A program made the position numbers and the translations under genes. Below are positions 19,259 to 28,091 of a stretch of DNA of 64,000 nt, in pieces. Numbering within the stretch: position 1 is the stretch's first letter; each line of letters opens with the position of its first letter. The DNA is from Candidatus Gottesmanbacteria bacterium (GTDB lineage: Bacteria; Patescibacteriota; Microgenomatia; UBA10105; UBA927), in the NCBI GenBank assembly GCA_963711735.1, contig CAVQFA010000003.1, forward strand, positions 375,830 through 439,829, written 5' to 3'. The notes under the pieces are model-generated. The model worked only from the letters and a program-made list of their open reading frames with translations, was not told the DNA's origin and searched no databases.

Positions 19259-20636
19259 CCCTTCGTCATTTCGGGATCCTTCCGGTTTCATATTCAAAAG
19301 AAACAATCGGGTGCTGAGGCAGATAAATAATTCGTATAAAGAAAACTACGATTTACTGATGCGCTCCGGTTTGTATGACGCACTCGTTAAGTCAAACTCC
19401 CTCATTGGGCATACGGAAGTCGATAAATCATCAGGAACGGCTGGTGCATATAAAATCATAGAACCTGAAAAAATTCCGTTTATCTCGTATCCCTATGAAT
19501 GGTGTTTCGGGGAGCTCAGGGATGCCGCGCTTCTGACTCTTCGGGTTTTCAGTACTGCCCTGGGTCACGGCATGACTCTCAAGGATGCTTCTTCATATAA
19601 TATACAGTTTTTGTCCGGCAAGCCTGTTTTTATCGATACATTATCATTTGAACGCTATGTTGAAGGAACTCCGTGGGTGGGATATAAGCAGTTTTGTGAG
19701 CATTTTCTCTCTCCGCTTGCGCTTGCTTCGCAGGCAGATTACCGGTTGTCCGCACTGCTTTTCAGATATATGGACGGCATTCCGCTTGATCTTGTATCAA
19801 AGCTTTTGCCTCTGAAAGCAAAAATAAATCCGGGAATCGTCATGCATATTCTTTTTCATGCAGGAAGCCAGAAGACAAATACAGACGCATCAGTGCGGAA
19901 AAACACAACGAAATCATTTACCCGGCTTTCACTAATGGGCCTGATCGACAGTCTGGAATCTACCGTCAAACATCTGAAACTTCCTTCACGCCAGACAGCA
20001 TGGACGTCATACAGCAAAGAAGGTTTATCTCCCAGCTATTCAGGCGTATCTCTCAGGCACAAAGTCCGTCTTGTGGGAGACTATCTTGATTATCTTAAAC
20101 CGCGACACATATGGGATATAGGGGCAAACACAGGTGAGTTTTCTAGGATTGCAGCAGGTAAAGGGATTACATCCATTGCCATGGATTTTGATCCGATGGT
20201 TGTTGATGAAAATTATTCCAAAGTGAAAAGTACCGGAGAAACTAGGATTTTTCCCCTTTGTATTGACCTTATGAATCCGACATCGTCAGCAGGGTGGGAC
20301 GCGTCTGAGCGCGCATCGATATTTACGCGTTCCGAGCCGGATACCATACTGGCTCTCGCTATTATTCATCACCTTGTCTGTACACACAACGTAACATTTA
20401 TGATGCTTGCGTCATTTTTTGCCGGGCATACCCGTTCTCTCATCATTGAATTTATTCCAAAAGAGGATAAGCAGGTACAGTCACTTATCCTGGGAAGGGA
20501 ATACATGTTTACGGATTATAATGAAAAGCTTTTTGAAAGCACATTCCGGAGGTACTTTACGATTGAGAAAAAAGAAAAACTTACCGATTCCGGACGCATA
20601 CTGTACTGCATGAAACTGAAATCCGGCAACAGATGA
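19230..20636 (+). CDS. two-domain protein: kinase-like N-terminal domain (Kdo-kinase/RIO-like catalytic loop) fused to a class I SAM-dependent methyltransferase domain
   Basis: The N-terminal half has a kinase-like HG..LKD....N catalytic-loop string (GHGMTLKDASSYNIQF) followed by a DFG-like IDTLSF. The C-terminal half has Rossmann motif I (IWDIGANTGEFS) and the acidic motif II (MDFD). The stop overlaps the next gene (ATGA). Confidence 0.45.
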   Translation: MKKQPAVINDPSSFRDPSGFIFKRNNRVLRQINNSYKENYDLLMRSGLYDALVKSNSLIGHTEVDKSSGTAGAYKIIEPEKIPFISYPYEWCFGELRDAALLTLRVFSTALGHGMTLKDASSYNIQFLSGKPVFIDTLSFERYVEGTPWVGYKQFCEHFLSPLALASQADYRLSALLFRYMDGIPLDLVSKLLPLKAKINPGIVMHILFHAGSQKTNTDASVRKNTTKSFTRLSLMGLIDSLESTVKHLKLPSRQTAWTSYSKEGLSPSYSGVSLRHKVRLVGDYLDYLKPRHIWDIGANTGEFSRIAAGKGITSIAMDFDPMVVDENYSKVKSTGETRIFPLCIDLMNPTSSAGWDASERASIFTRSEPDTILALAIIHHLVCTHNVTFMMLASFFAGHTRSLIIEFIPKEDKQVQSLILGREYMFTDYNEKLFESTFRRYFTIEKKEKLTDSGRILYCMKLKSGNR

Positions 20637-22213
20637 AAATGAAAAAACCATTGAATCTTATTCCCGTCATTCCTCTCGCATTTTCGTATTCGTATATTTT
20701 ATCCCTGTACTATCACAATATTGGTGAGCTTACGCTTCGTGTGCTGCTTGCGCCTCTTCTGATTGTCGGTATCGCAGTTCTTGTCCTGTACGGGGTACTG
20801 ATGGTACTGTTGAAAAATTCAATCAAATCAAATCTGTTTCTCAGTATTTTCAGTATTACCGTATTTTCTTATGGTGACATCGTACCGATAGTCAGATCAT
20901 GGAAATTTTTTACGGAAGTATTTAGGATTGAGAGCGGAAACGTGGTTGCCGGTTGTTCCATTGCCGTGCTTATTATTTTGTATTTCTGTCTGTCACGTAC
21001 GAAATCAGCATTATCCGCTCTCTATTCCTACATGCTCATTGCAGGAATTTTTTCCGTTTTCATGCCGCTTTTCCGTATCGGGTGGTATGAGGTGAAAGAC
21101 CGTCCTCATAAGACAATTTCCAGCCGCTTTCGCGTACCGGCACAAACAGGCAAACCCATTAACACAAGCACGCTACCTGATATCTATTACATCATTCCTG
21201 ACAGTTATTCAGCCCCTTCGGTGTTTTCGAAATATTTCGGATATGACAACAGTCAATTCGCGGAATTTCTGAAAGGAAAAGGATTTTCCGTTATAGGAAA
21301 TGCTACGTCTAACTACCCCAAAACATACCTTTCTGTTGCCTCAGCATTAAACATGGAATACCTTGATTACCTTTCGGTATACAAAAATTCTTCAGATGAA
21401 ACCCTTATCACACCGGTTATTCAGAATAACGCAGTTGTATTGTTTCTCAAATCCATCGGGTACACCTATTATCACATCGGATCCTGGTGGGGGCCGACGC
21501 AATATAACTGGCTTGCAAAACGGAATTATAATTTGGATCTGACTAACCCTGCGGGTCTGGATGCGTTTTCATCCATCATTTTGAGATCCTCCCTCATCTA
21601 TCCGTTTCTGCCGAAGAAATTTCTGGACAGTGTTATGACGGAATCAGTGGATGACAAGCGGAAACGGATCCTGTATGAGTTTAATACGCTTGATGAAATT
21701 TCATCGCTTCCGGGTCCGAAGTTTATTTTCGCGCACATCATAGCTCCGCATGGACCTAACGTGTTTGACGCGGAGTGTAAGTATATCGGTGAGAATGATT
21801 GGATTGGTGTTACCGATGAGGCAGGGTATACAGACCAGGTTCAGTGTATTAACCGTATGCTTAAAGATGCAATTACGGCAATACTTACCAAATCCAAACA
21901 GCCGCCGGTTATTCTTCTCCAGTCAGACGAAGGAGCGCCGTTTCTGGCAAACCTGCTTACACCGCCTGATAATTGGAAGGAAGCAAGTGATGACCTTCTG
22001 AAAGAAAAGTTTCCGGTACTTTCTGCGTATTATATTCAGGGCAGGAACTTGTCCGGTATCCCGGATGATATGACACCCGTGAATTCATTCCGGTTTATAT
22101 TTAATACCGTGTTTGCAACAAACATTCCGCTTCTTGGGAATAGGAGTTACGTGAATCTTGACATGAATCACCGTTATGAATTTCAGGACGTAACGGACAG
22201 AGTGAAGGAATAA
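20633..22213 (+). CDS. membrane protein with a sulfatase/alkaline-phosphatase-like domain (LtaS/phosphotransferase family)
   Basis: Five N-terminal TM helices followed by an extracytoplasmic domain with sulfatase-family strings (YYIIPDSYSA, HIIAPHGPN). Translationally coupled to the upstream fusion gene. Confidence 0.5.
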   Translation: MKMKKPLNLIPVIPLAFSYSYILSLYYHNIGELTLRVLLAPLLIVGIAVLVLYGVLMVLLKNSIKSNLFLSIFSITVFSYGDIVPIVRSWKFFTEVFRIESGNVVAGCSIAVLIILYFCLSRTKSALSALYSYMLIAGIFSVFMPLFRIGWYEVKDRPHKTISSRFRVPAQTGKPINTSTLPDIYYIIPDSYSAPSVFSKYFGYDNSQFAEFLKGKGFSVIGNATSNYPKTYLSVASALNMEYLDYLSVYKNSSDETLITPVIQNNAVVLFLKSIGYTYYHIGSWWGPTQYNWLAKRNYNLDLTNPAGLDAFSSIILRSSLIYPFLPKKFLDSVMTESVDDKRKRILYEFNTLDEISSLPGPKFIFAHIIAPHGPNVFDAECKYIGENDWIGVTDEAGYTDQVQCINRMLKDAITAILTKSKQPPVILLQSDEGAPFLANLLTPPDNWKEASDDLLKEKFPVLSAYYIQGRNLSGIPDDMTPVNSFRFIFNTVFATNIPLLGNRSYVNLDMNHRYEFQDVTDRVKE

Positions 22214-22306
22214 TCCTATAGTTATATAAATTCTCATTTTCTTCTCATATTCATTTTCCTACAATACATTGTATAACCATATCTTATGGCGGTATAATTT
22301 ATCATC

Positions 22307-23110
22307 ATGCCTGATATCACAAATATCATCAGCGTAAAGAACCTGACAAAAAAATTTAAAGACTTAACTGCGGTAAACGAAATTTCTTTTGATGTAAAAA
22401 AGGGAGAAATTTTCGCTTTTTTGGGCCCCAACGGCGCAGGCAAAAGTACAACTATCAAGATGTTAACGACGCTTCTTGAACCAACCCGGGGAACGATTAT
22501 AATTAACGGAACCGATGCATCCCATGATAAAGACTCCGTCAGGCACTCCTTCGGCATTGTTTTTCAGGATCCGTCCCTTGATGATGATCTGACTGCCTGG
22601 GAGAATATGTATTTTCACGCCGTATTATATAAAGTTCCAAAAGATGTTACACATGCACGGATAAAGGATTTATTGGAATTTGTGGAACTGTGGGACAGAA
22701 AAAATGACCTTGTAAAAACTTTTTCCGGCGGTATGAAAAGGAGACTCGAAATTGCCAGGGGACTTCTGCATCACCCCACAATTCTTTATCTTGATGAACC
22801 GACTTTAGGACTCGATCCGCAAACCAGGAAACACACGTGGGATTATATAACGAGCATAAACAGGAAAGAAAACATGACTGTTTTTTTTACCACTCACTAT
22901 ATGGAGGAGGCGGAAAAAATTGCTCATAGGATTGCCATTATTGACCACGGAAAAATCGTTGCACAGGGAACAAACAAAGAATTGCAGGAACAGACAAAAA
23001 CAAAATCCCTGGAAGAGGCATTTCTTAAACTCACGGGGGATGCAATCAGAGAGGAAGAAATGAGTGCAGTAGACAGGATGAGACAGAGAAGGAGGATAAT
23101 GCACCACTAA
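22307..23110 (+). CDS. ABC transporter ATP-binding protein
   Basis: Walker A (GPNGAGKSTT), signature (FSGGMKRRLEIA), Walker B (ILYLDEPT) and H-loop. Confidence 0.85.
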   Translation: MPDITNIISVKNLTKKFKDLTAVNEISFDVKKGEIFAFLGPNGAGKSTTIKMLTTLLEPTRGTIIINGTDASHDKDSVRHSFGIVFQDPSLDDDLTAWENMYFHAVLYKVPKDVTHARIKDLLEFVELWDRKNDLVKTFSGGMKRRLEIARGLLHHPTILYLDEPTLGLDPQTRKHTWDYITSINRKENMTVFFTTHYMEEAEKIAHRIAIIDHGKIVAQGTNKELQEQTKTKSLEEAFLKLTGDAIREEEMSAVDRMRQRRRIMHH

Positions 23111-23111
23111 T

Positions 23112-23858
23112 ATGAGTACAATATATATTCTCTGGCTCAGGCAAGTCATCAAATACTTCAGGTCAAAATCAAGAATAGTAGGCTCTTTGGCACAGCCGCT
23201 TCTATTTTTGGTTGCTTTTGGTTTCGGATTCGGATCGATTTACGAGAAAGCAGGAGAAGGGAACTATATACAGTTTTTAGCACCGGGAATCATACTTATG
23301 AGCGTTCTTTTTACCGCTATGTTTTCCGGAATTGACATTATTTGGGACAGGCAATTCGGATTTCTGAAAGAAACACTCGTCGCACCCGTATCCAGAATGG
23401 AAATTATCTTGGGAAAAACTCTGGGCGGAGCAACTGTTGCAGTGCTGCAGGGTGTAATAGTATTTCTTCTGACATTGCTTATCGGTTTCAGACCACAGCA
23501 TGTCATAGCTCTGATTCCCGCATTTCTCTTTACGTTCCTGGTTGCCGTCTTATTCACTTCTCTCGGAACGGCAGTAGCGTCAATGCTTGAAGACATGCAG
23601 GGATTTCAGCTCATTATGAATTTTCTCGTCATGCCCATCGTTTTTCTCTCAGGGGCATTCTTTCCTTTGTCGGGTCTTCCCAAACCCATCGAATTTATTA
23701 CAAAAATTGATCCGTTAACGTACGGGATAGACGGACTCCGGGGAGCGTTAATCGGTGTTTCCAAATTCGGTATGGCGACGGATTTTCTCATTTTATCCGT
23801 CATTACCCTTATACTTCTGGGTGTCGGAAGCTACCTTTTCTCCAAAATTCAACTGTAA
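23112..23858 (+). CDS. ABC-2 family transporter permease
   Basis: Six predicted TM helices, immediately downstream of the ATPase (2-nt gap). Confidence 0.75.
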   Translation: MSTIYILWLRQVIKYFRSKSRIVGSLAQPLLFLVAFGFGFGSIYEKAGEGNYIQFLAPGIILMSVLFTAMFSGIDIIWDRQFGFLKETLVAPVSRMEIILGKTLGGATVAVLQGVIVFLLTLLIGFRPQHVIALIPAFLFTFLVAVLFTSLGTAVASMLEDMQGFQLIMNFLVMPIVFLSGAFFPLSGLPKPIEFITKIDPLTYGIDGLRGALIGVSKFGMATDFLILSVITLILLGVGSYLFSKIQL

Positions 23859-23868
23859 TGCCCATGAT

Positions 23869-24477
23869 TCAGTCAAAAATGCTCCAAAGTGCCAGACAGC
23901 CGTATGTCTTATACGGTGACCACTTTTTGACGATTTTTTCAACAGTCCTTATACCCGGCTTACCTTTAAACCCATACAGTTTTTTCATTGCATTTTTTAA
24001 ACCCAGATCACCGTGGGAATAGACATTCTCCCGACCGAGGGTAAACATGAGAAACATCTCAGCTGTCCATCTGCCGATTCCCTTAACTTTAATTAATTCC
24101 GTGATAACGGCTTCATCGTCCACGTTATGTAACGTGTCAAGAGAAATTTCATGATTAGTGGTTTTCAGGGCGAGGTTTTTAATGTATCTGGCTTTTGCCC
24201 AGGACATGCCGACATCACGCAGCTTTTGGTCTGGTATGGCAAGTACGTTTTCCGGAGTGATTTTTTTGTTTGGAAACAGTCCGGTGAATCGGTTGACGAT
24301 AGCGTCAGCCGCCCGTGAACCTAACTGTTGGCCGATGATGTCCTCAGTGAGCTTCATAAAGTAATTAGCCGGCAATACCCGTTTCCGAGGAAAATTAAAT
24401 GTCATACGTGTCATGACGTCATATATGACACGGTCATTTTTTTTGAAGTGGGATTTTATAAAGTTGATTTTTTCCAT
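23869..24477 (-). CDS. DNA-3-methyladenine glycosylase II-like (HhH-GPD, AlkA family)
   Basis: HhH-GPD motif (LIKVKGIGRWTAEMFLMF), conserved catalytic D context, and a helical N-terminus. 202 aa. Confidence 0.7.
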   Translation of the reverse strand: MEKINFIKSHFKKNDRVIYDVMTRMTFNFPRKRVLPANYFMKLTEDIIGQQLGSRAADAIVNRFTGLFPNKKITPENVLAIPDQKLRDVGMSWAKARYIKNLALKTTNHEISLDTLHNVDDEAVITELIKVKGIGRWTAEMFLMFTLGRENVYSHGDLGLKNAMKKLYGFKGKPGIRTVEKIVKKWSPYKTYGCLALWSIFD

Positions 24478-24567
24478 ATGTGTATTTTACCCGATATCCC
24501 CGGGTACCGTATATTTTGCATCATTATGCATAAATTATTTTGTATCTGGATATCAGTACTTGCATGT

Positions 24568-25710
24568 ATGAGATATAATATTGTTGTAAATATGCAGAGG
24601 ATTTATTTTTTATTTTTTATCTTTGCTTTCATCTACTTTACATTTTCCGCTGGAAATGTCTACGCAAAAGTTATTACGGGTGAAAACGGCACCGTAAATA
24701 TCGCCAATTCAGAAGTGGTTGATGATGATCTTTTTATCGGCGCGCAGACGGTAAATATTGACGGCACCGTAAACGGGGATGCATTTATCGGAGCGCAAAC
24801 CGTCAAAATTACAGGTATTATAAACGGCAACCTGCATGCAGGTGCAAATACGCTGCTGCTTGAAGGAAAAATTAAAGGAAATGTGTACGCAGGTGCTCAA
24901 AATATTATCGTAAGCGGTGCCGATATCGGGGGATCTCTCATTGCCGGTGCCGCGACAGTCAACCTCGACAAGTCAACTGTAATAGGCGGGACCCTTATGG
25001 TAGGGACCGGTTCCCTGACGATAGATTCCCAAATCGGCAGGAGCGTATATGCCGGTACCGGCAATTTAACCATAGGCGGGAGCACGATAATCGGAAAAGA
25101 CCTGTACTACGCATCAGGCAAGGAAAAAGGACAGGCAAACATATCCGCAAACGCCAAAATCATAGGAAATACGTATAAGTCAGAAATAGTAACTCCCGAA
25201 AAGAGCGCTGATTTAGAGCCTATCAAAAGGCAGGCACCTGTCATATTTAACGGTGCCAAATTCATTTTTGGTATTTTTTCATTCATAGGCGCACTCATAG
25301 TCGGGTTTATATACATGAAGCTTTTTCCGAAGAGTTTTACCGAAACGTCGAAATTGGTCTCCGTTTCCTTCTGGAAAAGTTTCGGTATCGGGTTTCTTGT
25401 GACTATTACTTTTATTCCCGCCATGATTATCCTTCTTATTACCGTAGTCGGTATACCGGTTGCCGGACTTGTGTTTCTTTCACTGCTTATCTATTCATAT
25501 CTTGCCAAAATTGTCGTCGGATCGGCACTTGGTTCATGGTTTACAAAACGGTTCAACATGAAAGCCTCAGCCTACGGTGCATTTGCTCTCGGCCTTTTGG
25601 TATTTTACATACTGAAACTGATCCCGTTTGTGGGATTTCTTGCAGGACTCGTGGTTCTCTGGGTAGGATTGGGCGCCTTCACGATGCGGTTGTTCTCCAA
25701 AAAGGAATGA
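24568..25710 (+). CDS. secreted, membrane-anchored bactofilin-like (polymer-forming beta-helix repeat) protein
   Basis: Signal peptide (MQRIYFLFFIFAFIYFTFSAGNVYA; alternative ATG at 24592). About 200 aa of bactofilin-type repeats (GAQTVNIDGTVNGDAFIGAQTVKITGIINGNLHAGANTLLLEGKIKGNVYAGAQNIIVSG...). Three or four C-terminal TM helices. Confidence 0.5.
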   Translation: MRYNIVVNMQRIYFLFFIFAFIYFTFSAGNVYAKVITGENGTVNIANSEVVDDDLFIGAQTVNIDGTVNGDAFIGAQTVKITGIINGNLHAGANTLLLEGKIKGNVYAGAQNIIVSGADIGGSLIAGAATVNLDKSTVIGGTLMVGTGSLTIDSQIGRSVYAGTGNLTIGGSTIIGKDLYYASGKEKGQANISANAKIIGNTYKSEIVTPEKSADLEPIKRQAPVIFNGAKFIFGIFSFIGALIVGFIYMKLFPKSFTETSKLVSVSFWKSFGIGFLVTITFIPAMIILLITVVGIPVAGLVFLSLLIYSYLAKIVVGSALGSWFTKRFNMKASAYGAFALGLLVFYILKLIPFVGFLAGLVVLWVGLGAFTMRLFSKKE

Positions 25711-25719
25711 GACTGTTAT

Positions 25720-25938
25720 ATGAAAGAGGAAACACCAAAAAAAGATGTACGCTGTGTAAATAAATGCACCGGAGGAACAGGTGCAGGAGGTGCGGTGTAT
25801 GGACTCGGATTAATCGGAGCACTCGTATATTATATCCAGGGGTCTCAAACATTTATGGAAGGGGTAACCGGTTTTTTCAAAGCCCTCGTCTGGCCGGCAT
25901 TTCTCATCTTCCGCGTCTTCGAACTTCTCAAGATGTAA
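25720..25938 (+). CDS. hypothetical small membrane protein (72 aa)
   Basis: Gly-rich hydrophobic segment (GGTGAGGAVYGLGLIGALVYYI) and a second helix. Lies 9 nt after the bactofilin-like gene. Confidence 0.3.
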   Translation: MKEETPKKDVRCVNKCTGGTGAGGAVYGLGLIGALVYYIQGSQTFMEGVTGFFKALVWPAFLIFRVFELLKM

Positions 25939-25979
25939 TTATAACTAGTTAATTTTTCGCTGAACGAATAAGTGATGTG

Positions 25980-26050
25980 CTGCGGGACTTGGATTCGAAC
26001 CAAGATAACATCCTCCAGAGGGATGCGTACTACCGTTATACGATCCCGCA
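25980..26050 (-). tRNA. tRNA-Gln (anticodon CUG), CCA not encoded
   Basis: Manual fold of the reverse complement. Acceptor stem UGCGGGA/UCCCGCA, D-arm with GG loop, anticodon stem CAUCC/GGAUG, loop CU-CUG-GA, T-arm CUUGG-UUCGAAU-CCAAG. Discriminator G followed by CAC. Confidence 0.7.
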
Positions 26051-26117
26051 ATCAGTGCAATTATACCAGCTCTTCGTATTGTCCGTAAGCCCATGCGGAT
26101 GAGGGACACGGAGAGCA

Positions 26118-26780
26118 TCAGTCGCAGGTTTTTGCTCTCGTAAACCCGGCTTTTTGCGCGTCTTTTTCCGAACAGAACCAGTTTTCCCCGATCTCTTTCT
26201 CAACAATGGTAAATTGGTATTGCGCACATCCGGGCAGGTAGTAATTCCTCCTGTCGCTGTTCTTGTCGATATTCCCTTTTATGACACATTTCGGATTATC
26301 CTTATTTTCCGTTGATTGGCAGAGTCCATAGACACCTTTCAGGTTTTCTTTTGCCTGAACGCTTGCCTTTTTGAGGACGTCCGATTTTGAAGTATTGTCG
26401 TGATGGTAGCGTACCCAACCGCTTGCAAGCATTTCTTCGTTTATGAGAGCATTGCCTGCGTATACGAGAGCCATACCGCGGCCTCTCTGGTCAGGTACCT
26501 GTTCATCGATCCGCACATTTTTGCCGGATATTAATGATTCCAGGTATTTTTTTGCCTCATTTCCTCCGCAGAATTCCAACTCCGGCGCATCCAGTTCCCT
26601 CAGCCGGATTTTCGTTTTTCCTTCAAGGACAAATGTGTCTCCGTCAATGACGCCGATTACAGGCACACCGCGTGACGCAGGTGTCCGGGTGATCAAGAAA
26701 TATATATTAAACAAGATCGAAGGAATGAGGACGGTTGCAAGTAACGTAATGATTGCCGCAGGTTTGTGTTTCAGGCTCAT
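26118..26780 (-). CDS. membrane-anchored thermonuclease (SNase-like) with a Cys-containing C-terminal extension
   Basis: N-terminal TM, then SNase motifs (GVIDGDTFVL, IRLRELDAPE) and a C-terminal ~80 aa with 5 Cys. The ORF-track N-terminal extension to 26945 was rejected. Confidence 0.7.
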   Translation of the reverse strand: MSLKHKPAAIITLLATVLIPSILFNIYFLITRTPASRGVPVIGVIDGDTFVLEGKTKIRLRELDAPELEFCGGNEAKKYLESLISGKNVRIDEQVPDQRGRGMALVYAGNALINEEMLASGWVRYHHDNTSKSDVLKKASVQAKENLKGVYGLCQSTENKDNPKCVIKGNIDKNSDRRNYYLPGCAQYQFTIVEKEIGENWFCSEKDAQKAGFTRAKTCD

Positions 26781-26825
26781 ATGTATCAGTATAGCGCGGT
26801 AGCGTTCTCGTGGTATAGTATAGCC

Positions 26826-27305
26826 ATGACAAACAAGTTCTATATGAAAAAGGAAGCAAGGATTCCGTTTACCCGCAAAGGCTATCAGGACGTGATTGAC
26901 CAGAGATCTAAACTGCAGTCCCAGCGTCCGGAGGCGGTAGAACACCTCAGGAAGGCCCGCGAAATGGGAGACCTGTCGGAAAACGGGTACTACAAAGCAT
27001 CACGTGCACGGTTATCGTTTCTCGACGCACAACTCCGTAAGCTCGAACGGCTGGTGAAATTGGGAGTAGTGGTGGAATCTTCAGGAAGCGGTTATGTGGA
27101 TATCGGAAGCACTGTCACTCTTTGGGACGGACAGAAGGAATACAAATATTCTGTTGTCGGTGGTTACGAATCCAACCCGTCCGAACAAACAATTTCACAT
27201 AAATCACCGCTCGGAAGGGCTCTTATGGGAAAGAGGGAAAATGAAACCATAGAAGTAGATGCACCGAAAGGAATAATGAAATATACTATCCGTAAGGTAG
27301 GGTAG
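26826..27305 (+). CDS. greA: transcription elongation factor GreA
   Basis: N-terminal coiled coil with conserved acidic residues (GDLSENGYYKASRARL), then a C-terminal FKBP-like domain. The start could alternatively be the ATG at 26844. Confidence 0.8.
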   Translation: MTNKFYMKKEARIPFTRKGYQDVIDQRSKLQSQRPEAVEHLRKAREMGDLSENGYYKASRARLSFLDAQLRKLERLVKLGVVVESSGSGYVDIGSTVTLWDGQKEYKYSVVGGYESNPSEQTISHKSPLGRALMGKRENETIEVDAPKGIMKYTIRKVG

Positions 27306-27308
27306 AGT

Positions 27309-28091
27309 ATGAAAAAGATAAACCTTCTCATTATCGTCCTTTTGTTTTTGGGCACGTACCTCATGCTGCCCAGTCTTCCCTCACTCGTTCCGTTACACTG
27401 GAATATCCAAGGTCAGATCGATAATTATGCACCGAAAGATACCGGGGTCTGGATCATGCCGGTTCTGGTTCTGGTATTGTTTATACTTTTCCACTTCATA
27501 CCTTCATTTGATCCGAAACGGGAAAAATACCGCTTGTTTCAGAGAGAATGGGATATTATTCAGACGGGTTTGATCATATTTTTTGCATACATGCAATGTA
27601 TTATTCTGTATGCCTCGGTATACCCGGAATTACAGATCATGCCGGTTATGTTCACCGGTTTCGGGGCACTGTTTATTCTTTTAGGGAGAACCATGTCAAA
27701 AATCAAACAGAATTATTTTATCGGAATCCGTGTGCCGTGGACATTATCCAGTGAAGACAACTGGAACAAAACACATAACTTTGCAGCCAAGTGTTTTACC
27801 GTTGCCGGTATTGTCGTACTTTTAGAAGCAATTTTTATCCGGTTTGCCCCGTTTGTGGTATTCGGAAGCATCATGCTGTCTGTCTTCCTTCCGGTTATGT
27901 ATTCGTTTCTGTTATTTAAAAAATCACCGGAAAAGATGAAATATGTCTATATCGGTTTACTCATTATTATCATGATCGTCGGTGCTATCCGCCTTCTTAG
28001 CGGTGAGGATGATTGGATTTGTCAAAATGGGCAGTGGGTGAAACACGGAAATCCCGATGCCGTCAAACCCTCGGTTCCCTGTCCCCGCTGA
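27309..28091 (+). CDS. DUF1648/SdpI-like membrane protein
   Basis: N-terminal DUF1648-type motif (LPSLVPLHWNIQGQIDNYAPK) and six predicted TM helices. The 3' end overlaps the convergent GT39 gene by 29 nt. Confidence 0.5.
   Translation: MKKINLLIIVLLFLGTYLMLPSLPSLVPLHWNIQGQIDNYAPKDTGVWIMPVLVLVLFILFHFIPSFDPKREKYRLFQREWDIIQTGLIIFFAYMQCIILYASVYPELQIMPVMFTGFGALFILLGRTMSKIKQNYFIGIRVPWTLSSEDNWNKTHNFAAKCFTVAGIVVLLEAIFIRFAPFVVFGSIMLSVFLPVMYSFLLFKKSPEKMKYVYIGLLIIIMIVGAIRLLSGEDDWICQNGQWVKHGNPDAVKPSVPCPR

Noticed and set aside
24328-24567. Upstream 80 codons of the bactofilin-like ORF that overlap the alkA-like gene on the opposite strand
   Set aside because: Cys/His-rich nonsense-like sequence. The signal peptide and RBS-compatible ATGs are at 24568/24592.
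26781-26945. N-terminal extension of the thermonuclease ORF (track start 26945) overlapping the greA start
   Set aside because: The SNase domain and TM anchor begin at Met56 (ATG at 26780). The extension would overlap the divergent greA coding start and has no signal features.
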